Assembly: GCF_009914755.1 (NCBI RefSeq)
Contig: NC_060928.1
DNA length: 64,000 nucleotides
DNA from: the human T2T-CHM13v2.0 reference genome, Homo sapiens
Strand: one strand, 5' to 3'
Part shown: positions 1 through 15,425 of the stretch, in pieces
Position numbering within the stretch: the stretch's first letter is position 1
How the letters are laid out: each line of letters opens with the position of its first letter
The notes under the pieces: model-generated
Told to the model about the DNA's origin: nothing
The model's input: only the letters and a program-made list of their open reading frames with translations
Database searches by the model: none
Position numbers and translations under genes: made by a program

Positions 1-420
1 CAATTGATCTTCCTTATTGTTGGAAAGGCCATGTATTCTATTGTCTAATGTTCACTTTTAGGCTTTTCCTCATACTTCTGCAACAAAATTTTGATAACTG
101 AAATAATTTCTTTTACAATCCCTCTGACCAAAAATGGCTCTTTCTTGAGGCAGGAACCAAGCTGACCAAATCTACAGATCCTGTTGAAATCATATGAAAA
201 ATATTTATTGTGGGCCTCTTGGACCACATGCATAGCCCCAGAGGGCATTCTCCCAGATTCCTTGCCTCCTTCCTTCTCTCCCTCGCTCAGCGGGGTCCTA
301 AGCAAGCCAGGCCCTGTGACAAGCTGCTAATAAAGTTGCACTGCAGAAAAGCACAGCAATGGTGCCAGGAGAGTGTGTCCAGCAAGCCACTGAGACTTGA
401 ACCAATGAAGGAAGCATATG

Positions 421-711
<291 letters not shown>

Positions 712-1169
712 TAATTCTGCATCAGTAGTATATTTTCTTTATATAAATTTTTGCCACATTTGCATTTTTATATTAGAAAGCTACGCAATACAGTAATTGA
801 AATAACCATTTTATAATACATAAATACCATGTATATAATGCATGTATAACAAATCTCTATATTATTACTAATCTACAATCTACAAAGGTATTATTGGAAA
901 TCATGTTGTCTGTATGAAATATTCAAATGAACACATTACAAAGTTACATTCGTGTGTAGAAAAAATTTATTTTCAAAAAATCATTTGAATTATTCCATTG
1001 ACAATTAAATCAGTGATAGATATAATTTTCAAAACAACGTACGTGCCTCATACACACCCTACAATACAGTTATATCTCACACAATGCAACAGTAAACTAA
1101 AATGTAGTCCTACCAAAGAATAAAGCTGTTTGGTAAAAACATATTTTACATTGCCTCAGTTTTTAAAAT

Positions 1170-1276
1170 TAAATAAAGCTAAAATAAAGTTAAAAATTCA
1201 GTCCCCTGTAGTACTCGCTGGATCTCAAGTGCTCAATAGCCATATGTAACCAGTTGCTACCATAGTGGACAGTGGC
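1170..1276. mobile_element. hAT-Charlie (MER3/MER33-like) terminus
   Basis: tcaagtgctcaatagccatatgt...ctaccatagtggacagtg matches the remembered MER3/MER33 end. May extend further left. Confidence 0.55.
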
Positions 1277-1744
1277 CATTTGTATGCTTAAGGTTAAATT
1301 AGTTTCTTTTAAAGTGTTATTGTAGGAAACATGAAAAGTTTAAATGCAAGCACATTACTTACATTTTCCCCTTCTGCCTTCATTTTTTTCTCTCAATGTA
1401 AAGCAAACAGAATTATTAAGTATTATAGTGTTAGAAGGTACAATAAAGATCAATTAATCATCTCCACATTGCACTTTCTTAAAGTTGATTTTCGTTTATT
1501 TTGCTAAATGTTTTCTTTTTCTAGTATACAATTAGAAATCTAAAAACATAGGAAACCTGACTACCACTAGTTTAATGCAACTCTTATTTTTATTTATGCA
1601 ATAAATACTAAAAACTGATATCAATCCACACAAAAATTTTCTGCACTGCTAATGGTTTTACTTCTAAAAGTACACACATTCATCTCTTGGAGATCCTTCT
1701 AAGAATCCAAAATACTTATCTGAAACTGGTTCTAAGAAGTTAAC

Positions 1745-1941
1745 AAGGACACAGGAAGGGCAACATCACACACCGGTGCCTGTTGTGGGGTGGGGGGATG
1801 GGGGAGGGATAGCATTAGGAGATATACCTAATGTAAATAATGAGTTGATGGGTGCAGCACACCAAGATGGCACGTGTATACATGTGTAATAAGTCTGCAC
1901 GTTGTGCACATGTACCCTAGAACTTAAAGTATAATAAAAAA
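1745..1941 (+). mobile_element. 5'-truncated L1PA 3' end
   Basis: L1PA 3'UTR with G-rich tract and poly-A. TSD aagaagttaac at 1734-1744 and 1942-1952. Confidence 0.92.
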
Positions 1942-2064
1942 AAGAAGTTAACTGAAATTTTAATATAAGGACTTAATGTGTTTAGAAGATTACTTAGAGA
2001 ATCATAGCTCTTCAAATAAAACTTTGCACAAGATATTAATGAAATATATAAAATATTCAAAAAT

Positions 2065-2225
2065 AATTGCTAAAGGGTACAGGGCTTCTTTTTGGAGTGA
2101 TGAAAATATTCTAAAATTAGACAGTGAGGGTAACTGCACACTCTATAAATATACTGAAAACTAATGAATTACACATTTAAAAGGGTAAATTTTGTGGTGT
2201 ATAAATCTTAATAAAACTGCTATGA
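2065..2225 (+). mobile_element. Old L1M (L1MB/MC) 3' end
   Basis: gggtacagggcttctttttggagtgatgaaaatattctaaaattaga motif. Confidence 0.7.
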
Positions 2226-3085
2226 AAAATTCACAAATGCCCCCTGCATTTATGCCCAATCTATTAGTGAAAAAACAAATCTCTTCATGACCACATATCA
2301 GAGAAGCAATATTACTACTGCATATATTGAAATAAGAGTTACTTTAAAAGATTTATATAGGGATCCCATTGGTCTCATATATACATAGAAATGCACACAA
2401 AAATATCAGCAAGAGTGAATACACAAAAAAAATAATGTGGGACATTAATGTCGTATGTATTGCTATAATTTTTTACATCATGTGTGATGATATGTAATGA
2501 AAAATAAGCATTTTTGAAAACATAACCTGGTTGATATTTGTATCTCCCTTAATTTACACTTTTCCTACCTTCATTTACACTTTCTCTCTACTTGAAACAC
2601 TTGCTTTAACCCCTAAAAATGCATAAAAGAAATGTTCTTTTATAGTTCCTACAACTAAAAACACTTTCATTAAGTATGCTTTCTATGCTCCCCAATCAAA
2701 ACATTTGTATAACATAGAAATAATGAAAGATACAAATATTGGACTGCTTACCAGGCTTTAAGCTTTACCTTCTCTGCCCGATACTTTTTATCTTTCTAAG
2801 TAAATCCAGCACCCAGTACAAAATATCTAAGAAAGAGTAAACATCGAAGACATATTTGTTGAATGAAAAATAACAAATGTGTTCATTTTCATGGGGGACA
2901 CTACTTCTGAGTGTACACCCTGACCATCCTCCTCCTTCAAAGAACATTAAATTTATTCATATACCTACTCTTTCCTATGAAGTCTGATAAAAAGCTGACC
3001 TTTCCCAGCTCTAGGTTATGCCTGACTGGAATAAAAGCAATCTCTTTCATCTCTTTCCCTTTCCCAGTTCAAAAAAAGAAACACT

Positions 3086-3391
<306 letters not shown>

Positions 3392-3712
3392 TTACCCACC
3401 TCTGGCATATTAGAGGAGATCTACTAGGAGAAGAAGATTCTTCAAAAGGTACCCCTATTCCTTACAGACACTATCTTGTCTGCAACCTACCTGATACCTG
3501 CCACTAGCTTGAGGATTAAGCCTCCACCAAGGTAGAAAGGTGAAGAGGTGGAAAAAACTTGGGTAACATTAAGTTATTAATCCACCAGCCCTGAAGCCTG
3601 CTTGACTACTGAACTTCCTCTTATTTGACATAATGTCCTTCCTCATTATTTAACAAGTTGGAGTTGGAGTTGCAATCAACTACATCTATCTGATAAAATT
3701 CCTCTAGTTCTA

Positions 3713-4083
<371 letters not shown>

Positions 4084-5039
4084 TTATGTGTTTTTTTTTC
4101 TTTTAGTCAAACAATTTGGCTTCTAATTCCAAGCATTCTTTAATCACACCTCAGGTTTTGCTGAATGACCAGAAATTGGCTGGCATATTTAGGTAGGACC
4201 CATCTTATGAATGGCAGATAAAGGACAACCACAAAACACAGAACTTCCAGAAGACATGAAACATTCGATTGCTTTGCATTTTCCCTAACTAGAGGACTAA
4301 TGTCAGGAAGAATGCACTATGACATTTGTTTTAGGAGTTCCAGCATTCTATAAGGCTTCATAGGTGGTATTTTTCCACCAAGGTCTACACTAAGTGGTTC
4401 CATTTGGACCCCATAACAAAATGTTATCATCTGCAAAAGAAAAACATTTGGTAAAAAGAATTATTTGTTCCAAACACCTAAAAGGACTTCCATAAACAAT
4501 AAAGAAAACAAAAGATTTTAAACAATTGAAAACATTTTTTCCCAAAACTAAAACACATTGGAAACCTGGTACTGAACCAAGTTCCCAACAGCAGGACAGC
4601 TGTAATCACATAATAACTGCAAAGAATGAGAAAAACATGTAAACAAAATGTCCAGTTTAATATCCAACCAATCTGCTCCTTTAAAGACTATATTTCAGTC
4701 AAATCAACATCATCATGAAAAAGAAAAGAAAAATCTCTATAAAGTAGGCAAGGCTCAGAGAATTAAAATACTAAGGAAGTTAATCAGTTGTTTCCTTTTT
4801 TTAACCTTTAAGTAACTTATTTTTTAAGAACGCCAATGGTAAAAATAGCTATACATTTATGCAATGTATTTATTCAATATGAATGATTTGTTGAATAATG
4901 AATATGAAATGAACTTTTATTCAATTATATTTATGTTCTAGATACTCTGCAAAGACCTGGGGAGTAAAGATAATAATAAGGTAATAAAAAGACAATGCCC
5001 TTCCTTCAAAAGTCTACAACATAGTCTACCCCACCTTGT

Positions 5040-6295
<1,256 letters not shown>

Positions 6296-6329
6296 GACAT
6301 TTTATCCTATTGTTGTTCTGTCTTATTAT

Positions 6330-7769
6330 TTTAACTAAACTTTTTATTGAAGTGTCACACAATTACTGAAAGGCGCAGAAACTTGGTGCATACATCTCAA
6401 TGAATTCTCACAAAGTAAACACAGCCATATAGCTATCACACAGATCAAGAAACAGTCTCCCCAGATATCTACTTCTAATCACTACCCTCACAGTGAGGTA
6501 ACCACAATCCTGATTTATAATTTTATAGATTAGCTTCACCTGCTTTCAAACTTTAGCTAAAGGGAATCAAACAGATGTATTCCATTTTCTCTAGCTTATT
6601 TCACTCAAGGCTTTGTTACTGAGATTCACCCATGTTGCTAAGCATAATAGAAATATTATCATAAAATCTTTATAATATTCCATTTTATGATAAACCAGAA
6701 TGTATTTGTCCATTTACTAGTATACGGACATTTGTGTTACTTCTAGCTTGAGACAACTCCTGATACTGCTGCTATGTAGGTTCTTGTACAAATCTTTTAG
6801 TAACGTGTTCTAGTTAATATCTGTCTAGTGGAACTGCTGAATCATATCATATGCATATATTCAGCTCTAGTAGATACCACTAGATAGATTTCCAAAGTGA
6901 TGTGACCAATTAAAAAACCCAGAAGCAGTATATGAGAGTTTCAGATGATGTTTGCAAACATTTGACATTGTCTTTTTAATTTTAGTCATTTTGGTGAACA
7001 TATGGTGGCATCTTGCGCTTTTGATTCGCATTTCCCAGATAACTAATAAAGTTAAATATCTTTTCATGTTCATTGGCCATCTGGACATCTTCTTGTATGA
7101 CATCCTTGTTCAAGTATTTTGCCCATTTTTCTTTTTTTTAAATTGATTTTTATAGTTCTTACTATATTCTGGATACAAATCCTTTTTTCAGAAATGTATT
7201 ACAAATATCTTATCATCCTCTGTGACTTGCTCTTTCATTCTCTTTGTAGTATCTTCTGATAAAGAGTTCTTAATTTTAGTGTTCACCAATTTATCATTTT
7301 TCCACTTAAGGTTAGTGTTTATTGTGCTTATTTAAGAAACCTGTCTTTACGTTCATAAAAGTATTCTCTTAGAAAATTTCTTTGAAAGGTTTATTGCTTT
7401 CATCTGATATGTTTACATTTACAATAATATTAAGTTGATTTTTCATATATGATGTGAATTAGGGGTCAAAATACTATTTTTCCATGAGGATATAATTTTG
7501 ATCTAATATAATCCTTGAAAATGACATACTTTTCCCACTATATCATTAATGTTATTTTTGTCGACAACAGTTTCTATTTGTCTATTCTCATGACAATTCC
7601 AAAGTCCCTTTATAAATCTGGTTGTATAAGTCCTCCAGTTTTGTTTTTTTACTTCAAAGCTGCCTTGATGGCACCTTAGCTTTTTACATAAATTATAAAA
7701 TCAATTTCCATACCATCACCCTCCTTGCAAAAAAAATTAATAAAAATAAACTTTCCAGGATTTTTATGG
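6330..7769 (-). mobile_element. Old L1M 3' region
   Basis: Degenerate antisense L1 3'UTR and ORF2 end. Confidence 0.7.
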
Positions 7770-8249
7770 AGATTGCATCTTTTTTTAAGTTTTATTTTAG
7801 GTTCAGGGACATATGCACACACAAGTTTCTTATATAGATAAACTGTGTGTTACACGGTTTGGTATACAGATTATTTTGTGGCTTGGGAAATAAGCATAGT
7901 ATACAATAGTTTTTCAATCCTCTCCCTCCTCAAGTAGGCCCTGATGTCTGTTGTTCCCTTCTTTTTCTCCATGTCTACTCATGTCTACTCAGTGTTTATC
8001 TCACTTAGAAGTGACACATGTGGTATTTGATTTTCTGTTCCTGCATTAGTTCACCAGCTCCACCCATGTTGCTACAAAGGCATGATCTAGTTCTTTTTTA
8101 TGGCTGCATAGTATTCCATAGTGTACATTTTCTTTATCTAGTCTACCATTGATGGGCATGCAGGCTGATTCCATTACTTTGCTACTGTGAATAGTGCTGT
8201 GATGAACATACGTGTGCATGCATCTTTAAGGTATAATGATTTATATTCC

Positions 8250-8667
8250 TGTATTAGTCCATTCTCACACTGCAATACAGAAATATCTGAGCCTGGGTAA
8301 TTTATAAAGAAAAGAGATTTAATTGGCTCATGGTTCCACAGGCTGTACAGAAAGCATGGTGCTGGCATCTGCTTAGCTTCTGGGGAGGCCTCAGGAAATG
8401 TACAATCATGGCTGAAGGTGAAAAAGGAGCAGGCACCTCACATGGCCACAGCAGGAGCAAGAGAGAGTAGGGGGAATTGTTACACACTTTTAAATGAACA
8501 GATCTCAGGAGAACTCACTATCATAAGAACAGTACTAAGGGGATGGTGCTAAACCATTCATGAGAAACTCACCCCATGATCCAATCACCTCCCACTAGGC
8601 CCTATCTCCAATTGGGAAATCACAAATTGACATGATTTGGGTAGGAACGTATATCTAAACCATATCA
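8250..8667 (-). mobile_element. MSTA/MSTB solo LTR (ERVL-MaLR) inside L1
   Basis: tgtattagtcc...aaaccatatca termini; imperfect TSD attcc/atttc. Confidence 0.85.
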
Positions 8668-9852
8668 ATTTCTTTGGGTATACACCCAATAATGGGAATG
8701 CTGAGTCAAATGATACATCTGTTTTTAGTTCATTGAGAAATCACCACACTGGTTTCCACAATGGCTGAACTTATTTACATTTCCACCAGCAGTGTATAAG
8801 AATTCCCTTTTTCCCACAACCTCACCAGCATGTTTTTGTTTTTGTTTACTTTTTAGTAATAGCCATTCTGACTGGTGTGGGATGGTATCTCATTGTGGTT
8901 TTGATTTGCATATCTCTAATGATTAGTGATGTTGAGCATTTTTTCATATGCTAGTTGGCTATGTGTATGTCCTCTTTTGAAAAGTATCTGTTCATATCAT
9001 TTGTCCACCTTTAAATGGGGTTGTTTGGTTTTTGCTTGTTAATTTGTTTAAGTACCTTATACATTCTGGATATTAGAATTTTGTCAGATGTGTAGTTAGT
9101 AAATATTTTCTCCCCTTCTGCAGGCTGTCTGTTTACACTGTTCATAGTTTCTTTTATGGTGCAGAAGCTCTTTAGTTTCACTAGGCCCCATTTGTCAATT
9201 TTTGTTTTTGATGCAATTGGTTATCACATCTTCATCATAAAGTCTTTGACAGGGCCTATGTCCAGAATGAAATTTCCTAAAATTTTTTGTAATAGTTTCA
9301 GTAGGAATGGCACCAGCTCTTCTGTATACATCTGGCAGAATTTGATTGTGAATCCATCTGGTCTCGGGCTTTTTCTGGTTTTTAGGCTTTTTATTACTGA
9401 TTCAGTTTCTAAACTCATTATTGAATCTGTTCAAAGATTCCATTTCTTCCTGGTTCAATCTTGGAAGATTATATGTCTCCAGCAATTTATCCATTTCTTC
9501 TAGGCTTTCTAATTTGTGTGCATAGAGGTTTTCATAATTGTCTCTGAGGGTTTTTTGTGTTTCTGTGGGGTTGGTGGTAATGTCTCCTTTGTCATTTCTG
9601 ATTGTGCTAATTTAAATCTTCTCCTTTTTTCCTTATTAGTCTAACTAGTGGTCCATTGACCTCATTTATGCTTTCAGAGAACCAGCTTCTAGACCCTTTG
9701 ATCTTCTGTATGGTTTTTCACATCTGTTTCCTACCATTCAAATCTGATTTTTGGTTATTTCTTGTATTCTGCTAGCTTTGGGGTTGGTTTGCTTTTGTTT
9801 CTCTAGTTTTTCTAGATGTGATGTTAGGTTGTTCATTTGGGAGCTTTCTAAC

Positions 9853-10121
9853 TTTTTTTTTGAGACAGAGTCTCACTGTGTCACCCAGAGTGACACGTTC
9901 TCAGCTCGCCGCAACCTCCGCCTTCTGGGTTCAAGTAATTCTCCTGCTTCAGCCTCCCAAATACCTGGGATTACAGGCACCCACCACCATGCCCAGCTAA
10001 TTTTTGTATTTTTAGTAGACACAGGGTTTCGTTATGTTGGCCAGGCTGTTCTCGAACTCCTGACCTCAAGCGATCCACCTGCCTCGGTCTCCCAAAGTAC
10101 TGGGATTACAGGCATGAGCCA
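9853..10121 (-). mobile_element. AluS inside L1
   Basis: Alu body flanked by ctttctaacttt on both sides. Confidence 0.88.
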
Positions 10122-11682
10122 CTTTCTAACTTTTTTATTTGAATGTTTAGCACCATAAAGTTCACTCTTAACACTGCTTTAGCTGTATCGCCAAGATTCT
10201 GGTATGTTGTATCTTCGTTCACATTAGTTTCAAAGAATTTCTTGATTTTGGCCTTAATTTCATTGTTTATACAAAAGTCATTCAGGAGCAAGTTGTTTAA
10301 TTTCCATATAGTTGTGTGGCTTTGAGTGATTTTGTTTGTATTAATTTCTACTTGCATCGCACTGTGGTCTGAAAGTGTGTTTGCTATGATTTTAGGGTTT
10401 TTTTTTCTTTTTTAATTTGCTGAGGATTGTTTTATGCCTATGTGGTCAATTTTAGAGTATGTACCACCTGCAGACGAGAAAAATGTATATTCTGTTATTT
10501 CTGGGTGGAGAGTTCCATAGATGTCTGTTGGCCCTATCTGATCAAGTGTTGAGTTCAGGTCCCGAACGTCACTGATAGTTTTGTCTCAATGATCTAATAC
10601 TGTCAAGTGGGGCGTTGAAGTCTCCCAGTATTATTGTGTGGTTATCTAAGTCTCTTTGTAGATCTATAAGAACTCATTTTATGAATCTGGATGTTCCTGG
10701 TGTTGAGTGTTCTGGTCCACAGGGCTCTCTCAGGTAGGAACCACAGTTGGCAGACAGGCCATATCCTTGCCAGGTCAGCCCTACTCTGCTGTCTGAGTGC
10801 TTCACAGGGGCGCACCTGCCCATAGAATTTAGGCAGAAGCAGGACCACTGGGCCGGAAGTTCTAATGGGTGTGGCTCATCTGGCTATGAGAGGTGGAGGA
10901 GGGTGAAGTCACCTGCCCTGCCTGCTGTCTCATTGTTTCTCAGGAAAACAGAAGGTTGTGCCTGCCAGCTAAGTTCAGACAGAAGTGGGACCACTGACTA
11001 GCTGGCAGCTCTATCACGTATTGCCTGACTGGCTACTAGTGGCAGTGGTGGGTGGGGGCTCCCACCCTACCATCTGGGTACTTCCGAGGACAGCAGAAGG
11101 TTGCAGCTGCACCAAGTTCAGGCAGAAGCAGGACCACTGGGCCAGAAGTTGGCACTAAGCCCCATCCAGTGAAGGGGGAGTAGAGCAATCTTACTGCTCC
11201 CAGGCCCCATGACTGAAGCCTCTATTGAGGCTACAGTGCCAGTGGTGGTCTGCTCCAGGACCCGAGGTTTATTAAAGTCCTCTTGGACTCAAAAGAGTTG
11301 CCCATGAAAAACATCCTGACGGCTCTCTGCCTCAGTCCAGAAGGAAGATGGCAGGCTGCTGGGAGTCCAGGGGGATTCTCCCGTTTCCAGTCTTGCAGAG
11401 GTCCCTATGGAAAGTGTGAATTCCTCAGGGGGCTCTCATTCACTCACCCTTTTCCATGTCCGAGAGGTTCTCCTGCACTGAACCTAGACAGACTGGTGTC
11501 CAGCTTTATTCCTCTCTACTCTCTGTGTCTCCCTGCTGCCTTGATGGATCCCCACATGGCTTCTCAGATGGCTGGCCAGCAGGGTCAGTATTCACCAGCC
11601 CTTTTGTTTCCTTTCTGTCAATGGTGCACATGAGCTGTCTCTAGTCCACCATTTTGGCCCATCCCCCAAGACTGCATCTTTT

Positions 11683-12741
11683 GATGCAGTTGACTTGCAC
11701 TCTATGACTCAGCATATAGTTAATTTGGTAAGTGTTCCATGTGCGTTACTTGACCAACTGTCACTGGACACAGTATTCTGTATCTGTCAATTAGGTCTTT
11801 TGTATTAATTGTATTGATTGAATTATCTATATGTCCTTTCCAGGTTATTTGTTCCTGTTTATTCTATCAGCAATTGAGAAAGTTGTGCTTAAGTCTACCA
11901 TTAGGATTATTCATTCGCCTATTTCTACTGCTAATTATTTTAGTTTTCGCATTCACATTCGGAACATATCTATTTTCGAATGTATTGACCCTCTTTATTT
12001 CTAGTAATGTTTCTTCCTTAAAGTGCATTTTATCAAATATTAATAAGGTTAAACCTAATTTCATTTGTCTTTGCATAATATATTTGTTTCATTCTTTTAT
12101 TTTCAGGCTTTCTGAGTCTTTAAGTTTTAAAATTGTCTCTAAAGAGGCATCAGCTTTGCTTTGTTCTTTGGTCCAATTCATTAATAGTATAAGTCTTTAA
12201 ATTGAAATACTTAGTCCATTTAAATTTAGCACAATGATTGATCTAATTGGGTTTATACTTACCATGTTACTATTTTCTATATGACACAGTTGTCTTTCTC
12301 CTCATTCCTTGCCTTCTTTTTGGATTAATAAAATGATTTTATCATCCTATTTTTCCCTTGTATTAACTTTTTAGTTAAAACCATATTTTAGTATCATTTT
12401 AGTTAGATAATCTAGTTAAATTTACTTAATAAATTTACTTACTAGAAACCCGCAATGCTTTAATTACAGTTACTTCCCTCCAGCCATTCAAATTGTTCTT
12501 ATTATATAAATTGCATATATTTTTAAACCAACATTATTATTGTCCAACACCAACAATATGTTATTCACCAATATGGTTACCCTTCACTGCTCTTCACTCC
12601 TTTCTGCATTTCCATGTTTCCATCAGGATTCCTTTTCCTTCTCCATGAAGAGCTCCCTTTACTTTAATATTTCTTCTGGCGCAAGTCAGCTAGTGATAAA
12701 GTCTCAGTTTTTGCTTGTTTGAAAACATCTTTATTTGCCTT
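11683..12741 (-). mobile_element. Old L1M segment (left host of SET retrocopy)
   Basis: Ends in ctcagtttttgcttgtttgaaaacatctttatttgcctt, a typical L1M antisense motif. Confidence 0.65.
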
Positions 12742-13888
12742 TAAAGTTTGACAACACTACTTATAAATGAAATTTGGAAGATCTCAAGTTTATCTGTTCT
12801 GAGGAAAACAGTATCAAATCTTTTGTGTATACATTTAACTTTATTGTAAAAACAAAAGAAACATATATGTATTTTCAGGGTTTAAAACTGAGAATCTTCT
12901 TTCCTTTCCCATAAAAGAAAAGTAGAATTTACAAATGAAAAGGGACAAAATTAAAACAGAGAATGTCAATTTCAAGGATCTTATATATTTTGGATGATTT
13001 TGCAATTAGTAGAGCTCAAGTCATCACTAGAAGAGAATTCTGTTTTAAAAATATAAGTTCAACTTCAATTACCCATGCACAAGAAGAAGCCATGTCACCA
13101 AAATACCCACTTAAAGCCATTATCATTTCTGCTTCCGCTCCATTCTTTCTCTCCTCTCCTTGTAACACTAAACACCAAAACATCGGAAATCCATCCTTTC
13201 CTGACTTAATTCCATTTTGTAAGATTTTTCTTTTTTATTTAACAAGAGAAAGTGCATGTACATGATAATGTTAAATGTCCATAATCACAAAGAGACAAAG
13301 TGTAATCTCTGAATCCTTTAGAGAAAGTAAAATCAAGAATTTTGTGCACTAATGCAAGGGGGATAAGCACCCTCCAGCTTCCAGCAAAGCAAAGGGAGAA
13401 AATTTCTTCTTTCCCACAGTGCAGGTTGATGTGTTAGTTCCACATCACTACATTCACATTTTTTTAAGGCAAGAAACTTGGAACAGAAATGGGTAGAGAT
13501 GTTTTTTCCACTGTATTTTGCTCAAGAGTCTCCCACAAAGTAAGTGAAGAACCAGATCAGGGAGAGAGAGAGAAAGAGACCTTATTAGAACAAGGCAACT
13601 GAGTACAAAAGGGGAAAAAATAGGAGATGGCAACTGGCTCCCAAAGAATGCAAAATTTCTAAAAGTAAAAAGAGGGTCAGAATCTATTAGTATTCCACTA
13701 GTCATCTTCCTCTTCAACCTTCCTCCCTCTTCCACATCAACACCATCTTCATCTTCTTCCCCTCTGCCCTCATCTTCTTCATCAAAATATGTTTCAAGTC
13801 TTCTTCATCATCATTATGAACATCAGCTTCTTCTCCTTCCACTTCTTTATCTATCATATAAGAAGCCAATCTGCGCTTTAATAGCAGG

Positions 13889-14322
13889 TTTTTGTTTTGT
13901 TTCATTTTGAGACAGGGTCTTGTTCTATAGCCCAGGCTGGCACCATCATAGCTCACTGACACCTCAACCTCCTTGACTCAAACAATCCTCTCACGTCAAC
14001 CTCATGAGTAGCTAGGACAACAGGCATGTACCACCATGCCTGGCTAATTTATTTTTTGTAGAGACAGGGTCTTGCTTTGTTGCAATCTCTTCCCTGAGTC
14101 CCATTTAACTTCAGTCAACACTAAAAATGGGCCACCACTCTATCTGAGATGAAATCTGTTGGTGAGAATTTTATTTTAAAATAAGGTTTTTCAGCAAAAT
14201 AAAAATCTTGCTTTGTGGCAAGACACTGTCTCTACAAAAAACAAATTATGGCTTCAAGCTATCCTCCCACCTCAGCCTTTCAAACTGCTGCAATTATTTG
14301 CATAAGCCACCATGCCCAGTCC
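13889..14322 (-). mobile_element. AluJ with complex internal rearrangement
   Basis: AluJ-like sequence at 13889-14083 and 14249-14322, separated by duplicated local sequence. Confidence 0.85.
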
Positions 14323-14815
14323 CAAAGAGCAACTTTGATGAGCTCTCTTAATTCACCTGCACCTGCATCAGAATCATTGGTGAATCAAGTGAAGAAGGCC
14401 TGAGATTTTTCATGCTTCCTCTTCTAGACAGCTTTATTTTACTTCTGACATGATCATTTAATCAAGTCCTTCTCAGATTCCCATTTAACTTTAGTCAACA
14501 CTGAAGATGGGCCACCACTCTACTTGAGATGAAATTTGTTGCGAGGAACTTTATTTTAAAATAAGGTTTTTCAGCAAAATAAAAATCTATTCTATAATAT
14601 CATTTAATATCTTTAAATTCTGTCACTTTCATTCTAAAGAGATAGCACAGCATCTCTTCATTCGCATTTCAAGCAGGGAAGTCACTTGCACATAGTTGAT
14701 TAACAGTACCTCTAAATTTGAAATTCAGGAGATCAATTACAACCTCTTTTAAATAGTTTGAAGTTTGTTACATTTTTGTTCTACTTTGGAAATTTCCTCA
14801 CTGGCTTGTTTGTAA

Positions 14816-15235
<420 letters not shown>

Positions 15236-15425
15236 TAGCAAAGTTTTCCTCTGGGTAAGATCTGGAGGTGGTCTTAGTACCCTCATTTGAAGAATGAATG
15301 ATGTGAACAATGCTGTTAGCCTTAGCCTTAAACTAAAGCTAATTCTTTGACAAATCCAAAGAACCAGTCACATAGAAGTGACTCAAAGAATCAGGTCACA
15401 TTTGGAAGAGATGGGAAGAACTAGG

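Larger units (their letters stand above)
7784..11668 (-). mobile_element. L1PB/old L1PA retaining both ends, internally deleted
   Basis: 3' end near 7784, ORF2 pieces, and a 5'UTR start (caaaatggtggactagagacagc) near 11660. TSD aga(t/c)tgcatctttt at 7770-7783 and 11669-11682. Confidence 0.8.

Noticed and set aside
9156-10848. L1 ORF2-like peptides, and the idea that this L1 is a spliced retrotransposed element
   Set aside because: The peptides are fragmented by stops. The junctions do not appear to follow an AG acceptor in the remembered consensus, so deletion is more likely than splicing.
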